Shown here one piece after another: positions 1 through 9,280 of a stretch of DNA of 64,000 bases. Where the stretch lies: assembly GCA_031556035.1 (NCBI GenBank), contig JAVBTT010000024.1:38-64037 (forward strand), in the 5' to 3' direction. The notes beneath the pieces are model-generated. The model was not told where the DNA came from and made no database searches. It saw only the letters and a list, made by a program, of their open reading frames with translations. Each line of letters begins with the position of its first letter. Within the stretch, counting starts at the first letter, position 1. This DNA is from Oscillospiraceae bacterium (GTDB lineage: Bacteria; Bacillota; Clostridia; Oscillospirales; UBA929). The translations under genes were made by a program, and so were the position numbers.

Positions 1-3000
1 CTCCGCCGAATATAAGAAGCAGCTTGCCGTCGGTATCTTCAGCTGCGGTCGGGTGCCAGAGCGCCTGAGCGTCGTACTCGACGACGGTTATTTCGCAGAA
101 GCCGGCTGTTTTTCCGCTCGGGGTTTTGAGCACCAGGTTATATATGCCCTTTAGCGGAGCGGCTTGGATGTACATGCGGCCCTTGCCGGAGGCAATGTCG
201 GTTCCGTCGGGCAGTTCTGCAAGATAGGCCTTTACCGTTTCCCCGTCAAAGGACGAGGCCCCGGCAGTGATGTTTAGATAGGCCGAGAGGGTTTCAACCA
301 ATATCGGGGTGGAAACCGTGACCTTGATGTAGACTGTGATGTCGAAGGAAGCTGTCTTTGTCAATCCTCCCTCGCCGTAGCTTACGGTTACGCTCCTTGT
401 TCCGGCGGCAAAGAGAAGCTCGTTGTCTTCGGGAGTTGTCACAAAACCGGTGACAACAGCGCTTGAGCCGTCGCTGTAATACGCTGTTACCTCAAGCCCG
501 CTGAGGTCAAGCTCGTCGCCCTGGGTGTAAACAAGCTTATCTGGAGCGGAGCTTATCGCTATTCTGTCGAGCAGGGCCGGGTTTACCGTGACATTGAAGG
601 ATTTCTCGAAGCCCATGTAGCTCACTGTCACAGGCTGTGATCCGGCGGTTGTCAGCGCGGTTCCGTCCTCCGGGCTGACGGTGTAGCCGGTTATCTCGAT
701 ACTGCTTCCGTCGCTGTAGTCGGCGCAAACGGTCAGGCCGCTGAGATCAAGGCTCTCTCCGACAAAGTAAGCGAGCTTACTTGGCAGGCTTGTGAGGGTT
801 ATGCCGGTAAGCTCTGCGGTAGGTTCGTTCACAGTTATGTCAAAGCTCGCTGTCTTGGTTACCGCGTTTTCGGTGTAACTAAGCTCGACTGTGACTGTGC
901 CTGCTGAGCCGAGAATATCACCGTCGGCGGGAGAGGCGGTATATCCGGTAACCTCGGCGCTCAGCCCGTCGGCGTATATTGCGCTCACAACCAGTCCAAA
1001 AAAATTGAGGCTCTCGTCCTTGAAGTATACCGTCTTGTTGGGAAGAACCGTCACTTGAAGCCCCGCGAGCGCCGCCTCCCCGGCGGTGCGCAGCACCCAG
1101 AGAGAGCCGCCGTTGTTGGAGAAGGTCTTGTAGCCCTCCTTCGTTGTGGGAAGGGTGCGGGAGTTCAGGCTGCCGTCCTTTATAGCGCCGTTAATCGAGG
1201 CGTACTCGTGCGCCGATATGATCCCGTTAACCGTGATCTCGCTGTTTCCCGCAATCAGCGCGCCGGTGCCGGAAACCTGCGAGGCGGTCAGATCCGCGCC
1301 TGCGAATATCATGCTGTCATTGCCTGACGCCGAGGCCGCGTTGAGGGTGCCCTTGATGAAGCCTGCGTCAACCCATATCTGCCCGCCGCTCAGCGCTTCG
1401 GCTCCCGTTCCCGCCGAGGCTTCGACGCTGCCATAGGGAATGGAGACAAGGCCGCCGTTTGAGGCGCGCGCGCCGGTTGTCTGGGCAGAAACGCTTCCGT
1501 CAAGCGCTACCACGCTGCCTTGTCCGTCCGAGCTTACTCCTATGGCTCCGGATACGTCGCCCGTTACAAAGATCGATGCGCCGCTTTCGGCGACTGCCGC
1601 TTTTCCGGCGGGGCAAGCCACGCTTCCGTCAACGTTCACAAAGGCCTCGAGTGAGGCGTGGATAGCGCTGCCTCCGGTTGTATTCACGGTTCCGTGGACA
1701 TAGAGAGCCGTGCCCTCGCCGCTCACCTCAAACCCGGAGGCTCCGGCGACGTCGCCGTCTATCTTCACGGTCGAAGCGCCGTAAATTTGCTTGGCGTTAA
1801 TCCCGCTCGGGGAGCCGTGAAGCTCGGCGGAGGACGCGCCGCGAATCTTCATTTCCTTGGCAAGCAGCCTGCCGCCCGAGGTTGTATAGCTTTGCACGGC
1901 GCCGTCAAAGTCGAAGCCGCCGACGCTCAGGTCAAACTCTCCAAGCCCGAAGACTATGCTCTTGTTATTGATAACCACCGTGTCGGTGGCTGCTATGCTC
2001 TCAAGTAGGGTTATGGTTTCGCCGCCGTTGTGGTCTTCAAGGGCTTTGGAGAGAGTGGTGTACTGCGTCTGGCCGATGGCGCAGACATAGTGAAGGGCAA
2101 GGCTGAAGGAGCGCGAGTAGGCCGCCAGCTCGATTCCGTCCGCGTTTTTCACAATGCCCGCGTTGACGCTCACCGTGTAGACGCCGTTCGGCATGAAGCC
2201 GTTCGGGGTTATGGTGACGCGCGTACCGCCCGACACCGCGAGATCAAAGGAGGCGAAGGCTTCGCCGTCCCGCGTGACGGAGACGAGGCCGGCGATGTTC
2301 CCGCTCGTGAGCGCTTCGCCGGATGAAGCCAGATATAACGGGGAGTCAACGTCGAAGCTGAGCGAGGCGGGGGTTTCAAGCGTGTAGGTCTGGCCCTCGC
2401 CGAAGCTCCATGAGGTCAGGACAGGAGCGACAGCTTCTTTTTCGGTTGTAAATATTATTGAATGGTCTGATCTCAGGGCGTTGCCCGCCAGGTCGCGGAA
2501 GCTTTCAATCGAGAAATAGTAGGATGTATTGTAGGCAAGCGCCGGCAGGTCGTAGGTCACGCTCTTATAATCGGACGACCAGACCGGATTGGTGAGAATA
2601 GCGGAGCCGGGGCTGTACTGCCTGATCTGGCCGAAGCTCGGATCCATAATCTCGTTGAATGTGGCGGTCAGCTTGTTCGTGGAAACCGGGACATCTTTCG
2701 CATTTCCAGCCGGGATTGTAGAGACCACCGTAGGGGCAATTATGTCGTCGGTCGGGTCGCTCTTGCACCAGAAAAACCCGCCGTCCTGCGAATACTCGAA
2801 GTAGCCCGGCTTGGACGAGGGCACGGTGCGCGATTCCGGCGAGCCGTCCTTGACTGCGCCGTTTACAATCGCGTAGGTTGCGGGAAGGTGCGGGGTTGAG
2901 CCGTATTCGTTCTGAATTCTCCCGTCCACCGTGACCCTGCCGCTGCCGGTCACCTTAACTCCGGTGGCGGCCGCGGGATTGGAGCGGTGAGTATACAGGT

Positions 3001-5848
3001 TTCCCGCGATGTACACCGAGCTGTCGTTGCCGGCGAAGGCGCCTACGTCGCTGCCGCGCACATAGCCCGTGAGAACTTCGATCACGCCGCCGTTGTCCGC
3101 GTACGCGCCAAAGCCAGAATAGCTGGAATAGCCTGCGGTGCTTACTGTGGCGTTGCCGTTCGTAAGAGTTATTTTTCCTCCGTTTATCGCCTTGAGCAGG
3201 GTGGTGTTGTTGTAGGATGTGCTCATACTGCCGCCGATGGTGATCTCGCTGCCGGCGCCGTCGGCGTACGCGCCGATCTCCGAAATTTCGACCCTGCCGT
3301 TTACTGTCACCTTCGCGCCGCCAAGGGCAGAGACGCTAATATCCTCCTGAGAGGTGTTGACAAACCCGTCAACCGAAGAGACGGTGACGCGGCTGTTCGG
3401 GCCGGTGACGACGAGAGGCTTATTACTTCCGTTAATGCTGAAAGATCCGCTTCCGGTGAGAAAGATCGAACCGTTGGTGACCGCCAGAGCGTCGGTGTTG
3501 CTGGACGCGCTCAGGGTCAGGTAATAGCCGTTTGTGTTGATCGCAATCTCCTTGTCGGAAATTTCGATCGGAACCCTGTTGTAAGTGCCGTAATAGTATG
3601 TCGAGGAGCGGAGCAGCTTCAGGGTCTGCCCGTCCTGCGCGGCGTCGAACGCAAGCCTTGCGTTGGTAAACTGCGCCCCGCCGACTATTTCGCAGATCAC
3701 CGGAAGATTCATCGTAAAGTTCAGCACGATGTCGTCCGTATAGGTCAGGTGCTGGACGTCCTCCAGGACTCCTTTTTTTACCGTCACCTTATAAACCCCG
3801 TTGGGGAAGCTGTCGGGCGCGTCGGGGATCAGGACCAGCTGCCTGTTTCCCGAGTCGTACGTCACACGGTAATCGTCAAATGGCAGGCCGTCCCTGGTTA
3901 TGTCAAAAAGAGTGCCCTTCATCCCGGGCGCGTTTGCGGCGTCCAGAAGCGCTCCTCCGTTTACAAGGTACATCGCCTCGTAGAGACTGACGGTCAGAGC
4001 CTCAAAATTGCTTGCGGAAACCTGGCCCTCGGTTTTATTGAAGCCCACCCTGGGGGGAATCTGATCGGTGGCGGTGGCGAAGCTGAAGCCGAACACGTCC
4101 ATGACGTTGCCGGCAAAATCGGCAAAGCCTGAGAGAGTGACATTGTAGACTGTGTCGGACTTTATTCCGTTCATGCTGACCTGATACGTCCTGTTTGCAT
4201 CGGTCCAGATCGGGTTTGTCAGGGTCACGGCGTTGGCCGCGGGGTCGGTGACTATAACGACGCTGCCGCCGGAGGTGGCCATGGTCTCGTTGAACTTGAT
4301 CCGCAGGATCTGGTTGACGCTGCTGTAACTCATTTCGGTCTTGTTGTGCGACAGCCAGCCCGCCTGAGGCTTCTGGGTGTCGGGGAGATCTTTCACCCAG
4401 ACCGTCGAGGCATTGGCGGCGGTTGTGGTGTAGGTGCGGTAGCCGGCCTTTGTGGTGGGGGTGGTGGCACTGGCAGGCGTGCTGTTTTTATATGCGCCGT
4501 TTACATAAATATAATCCGCTGCCTGTATGTATCCGTCCACCGTGACCTGAGCGCCGCCTGTTGAGGCGTACACCCCGGAGCCGGTGTTGCCCAGAGTGTC
4601 ATATCCGGCGGAGACGTTGCCGCCGATATTGACGACAGCGTTGCCGCTGGTTTGGACGGCGTAAGCGGACTTCGCCTTTACATCCCCGATGATGGAGACG
4701 GTTGTTCCGGCTGCGGCGACAAGGCCGCTTCCTTCGCTCAGGATGCTGCCGCCCAAGGCAAACGTCCCGGTATTTATCTCTGCGGCTGCATATGAAGGCG
4801 AGGCCGAAAGTATGTAGCCTCCGACGGAAACATAGTTGCTGCCGCCGTATGAATAAACGGCCCTGTCGCTTGCGCCGGTTGTATTTACGCTGCCGCCCAC
4901 GGTCACGCGGGCGTCGTACCGGACAGATACAGAGCCCCTCACCGATGTGACCGAGCCCCCGACGTTAATCGAGCTTCCGGGGTTCAGGGCTCCCAATCCG
5001 ATACCCACGCTTGTGAAGGAACCGCTGCGGATGTCGACCTGGCCGCCCGTCTCGGCTATTATCGCACCGTCGTTCCAGGAGCCGCCGGTACAGAACGCGC
5101 TGCCTTCGGTCACCACTACCTTTGCGCCCTGGTTCGCGCTGATGACGCCTCTGCTTCCGACGTTCGCCGTGGAGGTGAGATCGCCCCTGACGGTGACCAG
5201 TGTGTCGGTGCCGGTGGCGCTTACAGCCTTTCCTCCGGATACGCGCCCCGCCACGCTGACGACCGCGCCGGCCTGGGCGTGCAGGGCCTGAACGTCGCCT
5301 GTGCTAAGGCTCTCGGCGTTGCCGCCCACCGTTACCGAGGTTCCGGCGTCCTGGGCCCATACTGCGCGCCCGTTCTGGCTGACAGCGTCGCCCAGAACCG
5401 TGATTTTGCTGCCGCTTGTCGCGCTTGCCGCCGTGCCGCTCGAGGAGTTGGCCGACCGGCTGACTGTTATCTCGCTTCCGTTTATCGCGAGAAGCGAATC
5501 ATTGCCGCTTGAGCCGCTGACGTTCAGAGCACCGCCCGAAGCGAAGCCCAGTACGCTTATCTTTGCGTTGTCCAGCTTGAGCGCGATGCCCGGGCCGGCA
5601 AAGGAGAGCGCTTTGCCGTTTAAGTCGATCGTCAGATTTTTGCCGGTGATATTCGCGTCCTCGGCATAAACAATGCCGGCAGTGAGCCTGATGGTGTCTC
5701 CCGATTGGGAGGATGAGAGCGCTGCCTTGAGCTCAGCGAAGGTAGACACATCCTGGTTTGCAGCAAGCGCGGACGGCAACGTGCAAGGTAAGGACAGGAC
5801 AAGCGCAAGGGCAAGAAGCACGGAGAGAAGACGATTTGTAATTTTCAT
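1..5848 (-). CDS. Giant secreted modular surface protein/adhesin, 3' end truncated by the window edge (>1,949 aa): signal peptide, 3 Gly/Ser/Ala/Val-rich beta-helix-like modules, SbsA/Big_5-like Ig pairs, 3 Big_3-like Ig repeats, C-terminal unknown module
   Basis: ATG at 5848 after a purine-rich RBS (GAAGAAGGGA). Reads MKITNRLLSVLLALALVLSLPCTLPSALA-ANQD. No stop-terminated ORF in this frame appears in the track, and manual translation at several points stays open to position 2. Repeats PNKTVYF/PSKLAYFVGESLDLSGL/PDKLVYTQGDELDLSGL are Big_3-type. Confidence 0.85.
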   Translation of the reverse strand, partial: MKITNRLLSVLLALALVLSLPCTLPSALAANQDVSTFAELKAALSSSQSGDTIRLTAGIVYAEDANITGKNLTIDLNGKALSFAGPGIALKLDNAKISVLGFASGGALNVSGSSGNDSLLAINGSEITVSRSANSSSGTAASATSGSKITVLGDAVSQNGRAVWAQDAGTSVTVGGNAESLSTGDVQALHAQAGAVVSVAGRVSGGKAVSATGTDTLVTVRGDLTSTANVGSRGVISANQGAKVVVTEGSAFCTGGSWNDGAIIAETGGQVDIRSGSFTSVGIGLGALNPGSSINVGGSVTSVRGSVSVRYDARVTVGGSVNTTGASDRAVYSYGGSNYVSVGGYILSASPSYAAAEINTGTFALGGSILSEGSGLVAAAGTTVSIIGDVKAKSAYAVQTSGNAVVNIGGNVSAGYDTLGNTGSGVYASTGGAQVTVDGYIQAADYIYVNGAYKNSTPASATTPTTKAGYRTYTTTAANASTVWVKDLPDTQKPQAGWLSHNKTEMSYSSVNQILRIKFNETMATSGGSVVIVTDPAANAVTLTNPIWTDANRTYQVSMNGIKSDTVYNVTLSGFADFAGNVMDVFGFSFATATDQIPPRVGFNKTEGQVSASNFEALTVSLYEAMYLVNGGALLDAANAPGMKGTLFDITRDGLPFDDYRVTYDSGNRQLVLIPDAPDSFPNGVYKVTVKKGVLEDVQHLTYTDDIVLNFTMNLPVICEIVGGAQFTNARLAFDAAQDGQTLKLLRSSTYYYGTYNRVPIEISDKEIAINTNGYYLTLSASSNTDALAVTNGSIFLTGSGSFSINGSNKPLVVTGPNSRVTVSSVDGFVNTSQEDISVSALGGAKVTVNGRVEISEIGAYADGAGSEITIGGSMSTSYNNTTLLKAINGGKITLTNGNATVSTAGYSSYSGFGAYADNGGVIEVLTGYVRGSDVGAFAGNDSSVYIAGNLYTHRSNPAAATGVKVTGSGRVTVDGRIQNEYGSTPHLPATYAIVNGAVKDGSPESRTVPSSKPGYFEYSQDGGFFWCKSDPTDDIIAPTVVSTIPAGNAKDVPVSTNKLTATFNEIMDPSFGQIRQYSPGSAILTNPVWSSDYKSVTYDLPALAYNTSYYFSIESFRDLAGNALRSDHSIIFTTEKEAVAPVLTSWSFGEGQTYTLETPASLSFDVDSPLYLASSGEALTSGNIAGLVSVTRDGEAFASFDLAVSGGTRVTITPNGFMPNGVYTVSVNAGIVKNADGIELAAYSRSFSLALHYVCAIGQTQYTTLSKALEDHNGGETITLLESIAATDTVVINNKSIVFGLGEFDLSVGGFDFDGAVQSYTTSGGRLLAKEMKIRGASSAELHGSPSGINAKQIYGASTVKIDGDVAGASGFEVSGEGTALYVHGTVNTTGGSAIHASLEAFVNVDGSVACPAGKAAVAESGASIFVTGDVSGAIGVSSDGQGSVVALDGSVSAQTTGARASNGGLVSIPYGSVEASAGTGAEALSGGQIWVDAGFIKGTLNAASASGNDSMIFAGADLTASQVSGTGALIAGNSEITVNGIISAHEYASINGAIKDGSLNSRTLPTTKEGYKTFSNNGGSLWVLRTAGEAALAGLQVTVLPNKTVYFKDESLNFFGLVVSAIYADGLSAEVTGYTASPADGDILGSAGTVTVELSYTENAVTKTASFDITVNEPTAELTGITLTSLPSKLAYFVGESLDLSGLTVCADYSDGSSIEITGYTVSPEDGTALTTAGSQPVTVSYMGFEKSFNVTVNPALLDRIAISSAPDKLVYTQGDELDLSGLEVTAYYSDGSSAVVTGFVTTPEDNELLFAAGTRSVTVSYGEGGLTKTASFDITVYIKVTVSTPILVETLSAYLNITAGASSFDGETVKAYLAELPDGTDIASGKGRMYIQAAPLKGIYNLVLKTPSGKTAGFCEITVVEYDAQALWHPTAAEDTDGKLLLIFGG

Positions 5849-5976
5849 GAGCTTTTTTCCCTTCTTCTTTATTCGGCTGCAATATTTTTTCCTTGCCGAT
5901 ACTAATTAAGTTACTCTAGCAGCAGGTATTGCGCAACGTCTGTAACGACTAGTTTTTGCAAACTATGCCAGTCCCA

Positions 5977-5999
5977 TACCTAGCCGAAACGACCAGGTA
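5977..5999. promoter_or_regulatory. Imperfect palindrome TACCTAGCCGAAACGACCAGGTA, candidate LuxR-family operator
   Basis: ACCT...AGGT dyad resembling a lux box, between the divergent adhesin and LuxR-HTH genes. Confidence 0.35.
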
Positions 6000-6061
6000 G
6001 CGCGGCGGCTCCGGCCAGGGTCAGTTGTTGAGGCACGTGCCCGGGTGTGATTGCATTGGTC

Positions 6062-6089
6062 TTGACACAAAATAAATCAAAGATATAAT
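6062..6089 (+). promoter_or_regulatory. Sigma-70/A promoter for the membrane LuxR regulator
   Basis: TTGACA-16 nt-TATAAT, then AGGGGG RBS and ATG at 6115. Confidence 0.7.
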
Positions 6090-6114
6090 TAAGCATAATA
6101 TAGGGGGGTCAGCT

Positions 6115-7557
6115 ATGAGACAGTTATTCACGAGCAAGCCGGTACGGTATGCCCTCATCTCCTTCTTTGCGGTCGACACGGCGAAGTATCTGGTGTGGTC
6201 TCTCGTATATGAACGGATGCTCAACGCCGAGCGGAGCAATTTGGAGATCAACCTTTTTTTTATATTTTACTGCGGAATTGTGGCTGCGGTCGTCGCCTTT
6301 CTCCCGCTTGCCCTGAAAAAGCTCAGGCTGGGAAGCCCGCGGGCATCGACCTTAATATACCGCACGAGCGCCGCCGCATCCCTTGTATTTCTGATCTTCT
6401 CCGCTTTCTTGCCGGTCGGCCTGATCATGATTTTCGGCCTCTTCACCATGCTCTTTCTGTCCGTTTGTGTTTCGCTCCGTCTTTCGCAGCTTACGGCCGT
6501 ACTGCCGCAAAATCTCTCCGGCCGCTTTCTCGGCGTTGTCTACGCCGCTTATATGTTGGTATCTGGGGGAGTCGAAGCTTTCTCAGGGACAGGGCCGGCT
6601 TTTTTTGCAGTCGCTTTCACGGCGCTATTCACCCTGCTCCTGCTGTCGGTTTTGTTTTTCCGCGCCCATCCGGCCTCTGCTGCTGCGCCCCGGTACGAGG
6701 CTCCGCGCCCCCCAGGCCTTGCTAGTTTTTTTGCGTTGCTGCCTGTCCCTGTAGTGCTTTTTTCAGCAGTGCTCAACTCTTCGGAGAATTTTGCCTTTTT
6801 CGGATCGTACTTTGAGCCTTACAACGTGTATCTGATCGTATATTTTGTTTTTTACTCTTTGATGTATTTGTTAAACGGCTTATTTTTGGACAAGTACGGG
6901 GTCAGGGTCTCACTGCTGCTGCCCGTGCTTCTGATCATTGCCGCCTATTCGACGCACTGGTTTTGGGGCTCGCTGGCACAAACCCTGCCGTTTAAAGCGT
7001 TTGTGCCGATCACTTGGACCCTTTTTGAGATGACTGTCGTTTCGATTTACCTTTATCGGTCAAAAATCCGAGTATTATCCGGCTTGGGATACGCCTTGAT
7101 GTACCTTGGATATTGTCTCGCGAGCGTTTTATTTCAGCTCACCCCGGAGAACGGCTATGCTTATATCAACGGAGCAATGCTTCTTCTGTCGGTACTAACT
7201 CTGATCCTGCTTATGCTGGCTCTTGCCGGGCAGCACGGCAGGCCGGAGGAACGGCTTGCGGAAGCCTGTGATAATACGCCGGATAGCCCGCCGCCCGCAC
7301 AATCACCGTCGCTAGCACTATTTGCCGAGGGAAAAAGCCTGACAAAGCGCGAAACGGAGCTGCTGCCGTTTGTCCTAAGCGCTAAGACGGCAGAAGAGAT
7401 AGCGGCGGAAAACAACCTGAGCTACAGTACGGTGCGCTTTCATATCAGCAATATTCTGACAAAAACCGGAGCCGATAACCGCCGCGAACTCCGGCGCATA
7501 TACTCTCAGGAGCCTGAGCTTACCGGAGTGTCTGTGTCCGCTAAAAAGGAGATATGA
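6115..7557 (+). CDS. Multi-pass membrane (MFS-like, ~12 TM) sensor fused to a C-terminal LuxR-type HTH
   Basis: About 370 aa of hydrophobic helices, then LTKRETELLPFVLSAKTAEEIAAENNLSYSTVRFHISNILTKTG (LuxR HTH). Confidence 0.85.
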   Translation: MRQLFTSKPVRYALISFFAVDTAKYLVWSLVYERMLNAERSNLEINLFFIFYCGIVAAVVAFLPLALKKLRLGSPRASTLIYRTSAAASLVFLIFSAFLPVGLIMIFGLFTMLFLSVCVSLRLSQLTAVLPQNLSGRFLGVVYAAYMLVSGGVEAFSGTGPAFFAVAFTALFTLLLLSVLFFRAHPASAAAPRYEAPRPPGLASFFALLPVPVVLFSAVLNSSENFAFFGSYFEPYNVYLIVYFVFYSLMYLLNGLFLDKYGVRVSLLLPVLLIIAAYSTHWFWGSLAQTLPFKAFVPITWTLFEMTVVSIYLYRSKIRVLSGLGYALMYLGYCLASVLFQLTPENGYAYINGAMLLLSVLTLILLMLALAGQHGRPEERLAEACDNTPDSPPPAQSPSLALFAEGKSLTKRETELLPFVLSAKTAEEIAAENNLSYSTVRFHISNILTKTGADNRRELRRIYSQEPELTGVSVSAKKEI

Positions 7558-7642
7558 CCGCACTTAATAGTACGTATCCGGCAAATCCAGTCTATGCGCT
7601 TCGCGCACCGGGCAGCATAAAGGCGTTGCTTGACCATATTAC

Positions 7643-8101
7643 ATGTCCGAAAAAGAATTGGCAACATCTTTTAACTTTGAGGGAGATGAAAAGAAAAAAG
7701 AGGCGCATTGGAGCCGTGATAAAAACCTGCGCGATGTTCTCATCCACTTGTACGAATGGCATCAGCTTGTTCTGAACTGGGTGGCCGCAAATATGAATGG
7801 AAATGAAAAACCGTTTTTGCCTGCCCCTTACACATGGAAAACCTACGGGGACATGAATGTGGAGTTCTGGAAAAAGCATCAAGGCACAAACCTTACTGAG
7901 GCTAAAGAGCTGTTGGTTAAATCCCATGCTGATGTTATGCAACTTGCGGAAGCCTTTTCAAATGACGAGCTGTTTTCAAAAGGTGCATACAAATGGGTCG
8001 GCGGCAGCACGTTGGGCTCATATTTTGTCAGCGTTACGGCCAGCCATTATGACTGGGCGATGAAAAAACTAAAGGCACACATTAAGAACTGCAAAGCATA
8101 A
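7643..8101 (+). CDS. ClbS/DfsB (DUF1706) family four-helix-bundle protein, apparently N-terminally truncated
   Basis: KEAHWSRDKNLRDVLIHLYEWH, PAPYTWK and TASHYDWAMKKLK motifs; the usual N-terminal helix and a clear RBS are missing. Confidence 0.75.
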   Translation: MSEKELATSFNFEGDEKKKEAHWSRDKNLRDVLIHLYEWHQLVLNWVAANMNGNEKPFLPAPYTWKTYGDMNVEFWKKHQGTNLTEAKELLVKSHADVMQLAEAFSNDELFSKGAYKWVGGSTLGSYFVSVTASHYDWAMKKLKAHIKNCKA

Positions 8102-8168
8102 TTAGCACCCGAGGTCAAGAAACAGGCTCCGATATTTGCTAAACTGTCTTCGGGAGGTGAAAAAAACG

Positions 8169-9074
8169 GTGAATCAAAATGCAGAAACGGCAGATCGGAT
8201 AAAAAAGTATATTGCGCAGCATTTACAGGAAACAATTACCGCGGGCGATGTCGCGAAGGCGGCGGGGTATTCGCAATACCACGCGGCGCGGGTATTCAAA
8301 GAGGAAACAGGTCTGTCCCCGTTTGAATATATCCGCCGGCAGCGGCTCATTGCATCCGCGCACTCATTGCGCGGCAGCAAAACGCGGATTCTCGATGTGG
8401 CGCTGGATTTTGCTTTTGACAGCCACGAGGGTTTTACCCGCGCATTTACAAGCTGCTTTGGCATATCGCCAAAAAAGTACGCCGCAATCGGATTTCCCGA
8501 ATGCGGCCAGCTGATTTACCGTTCTCTTAACCGCTCAAATTCAATATCGGAGGCTCAGAACATGACCGACACAATCGTGATTTTCACCCAAATTGTCGAA
8601 CGCCCGGCAAGAAAACTGCTCCTAAAACGCAGTAAAGCGGCAGACGACTACTTTTCTTATGTTGCGGAGGTCGGCTGCGGAAAGCAGAATAACTCCGCGC
8701 CGTGGGACATCCTTTGCGAAATCAAGGAAGCGCTCTATGAGCCGGTCGGCGCATGGCTGCCGGACAATATGCGTACTGAAGGAACAGGCATATATGCCCA
8801 CGGCGTTGAACTCCCCGCCGATTATTCGGGAACAGTTCCGGAAGCTTTTGAGCTTCTCGACCTTGCACCATGCAAACTGATGATATTCCAGGGGGAACCG
8901 TATAAGGAGGAGGATTTTGACAAAGCGGTGCTCGGCTGTATGGAAAAGATTGAAGTATTCAATCCGAAGATTTACGGTTACGATTTTGCGCCGGAGCTTG
9001 CGCCGAGAATGCAGCTTAGCCCTGAAGGCTGGCGCGGATACATCGAGCTGCGGCCGGTAAGAGAAATAAAATAG
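8169..9074 (+). CDS. AraC-family transcriptional regulator (N-terminal HTH, C-terminal effector-binding domain)
   Basis: GTG after GGAGGT; motifs AGYSQYHAARVFKEETG and FDSHEGFTRAFTSCFGISPKKY. Confidence 0.85.
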   Translation: MNQNAETADRIKKYIAQHLQETITAGDVAKAAGYSQYHAARVFKEETGLSPFEYIRRQRLIASAHSLRGSKTRILDVALDFAFDSHEGFTRAFTSCFGISPKKYAAIGFPECGQLIYRSLNRSNSISEAQNMTDTIVIFTQIVERPARKLLLKRSKAADDYFSYVAEVGCGKQNNSAPWDILCEIKEALYEPVGAWLPDNMRTEGTGIYAHGVELPADYSGTVPEAFELLDLAPCKLMIFQGEPYKEEDFDKAVLGCMEKIEVFNPKIYGYDFAPELAPRMQLSPEGWRGYIELRPVREIK

Positions 9075-9086
9075 GATTATGGCAAA

Positions 9087-9120
9087 TTGACAGGGCGACC
9101 GGTTTCGGCCGCCCTGTCAA
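9087..9120 (+). terminator. Stem-loop downstream of the AraC gene
   Basis: TTGACAGGGCG...CGCCCTGTCAA inverted repeat. Confidence 0.6.
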
Positions 9121-9280
9121 TATTCATCTGATTCATACGCTCGTCGATATCATTTTTCTGGAATATGCTATTTGCTACAGTAGAGCGCCTGCTGTCACAC
9201 AGGCGAAAATACCGCTGATCTTTTTCACCTAAGCTTACTGCGTCAATGCGTGTGGCGTTTGACAGGATACGAAGTATCAA

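Noticed and set aside
1055-5909. Many plus-strand ORFs, including the 381-aa ORF at 2987-4132
   Set aside because: Antisense shadows of the giant minus-strand gene in GC-rich DNA; no motifs or RBS
9077-9280. 67-aa minus-strand ORF
   Set aside because: TTG start without RBS, overlaps a terminator, no recognisable motif
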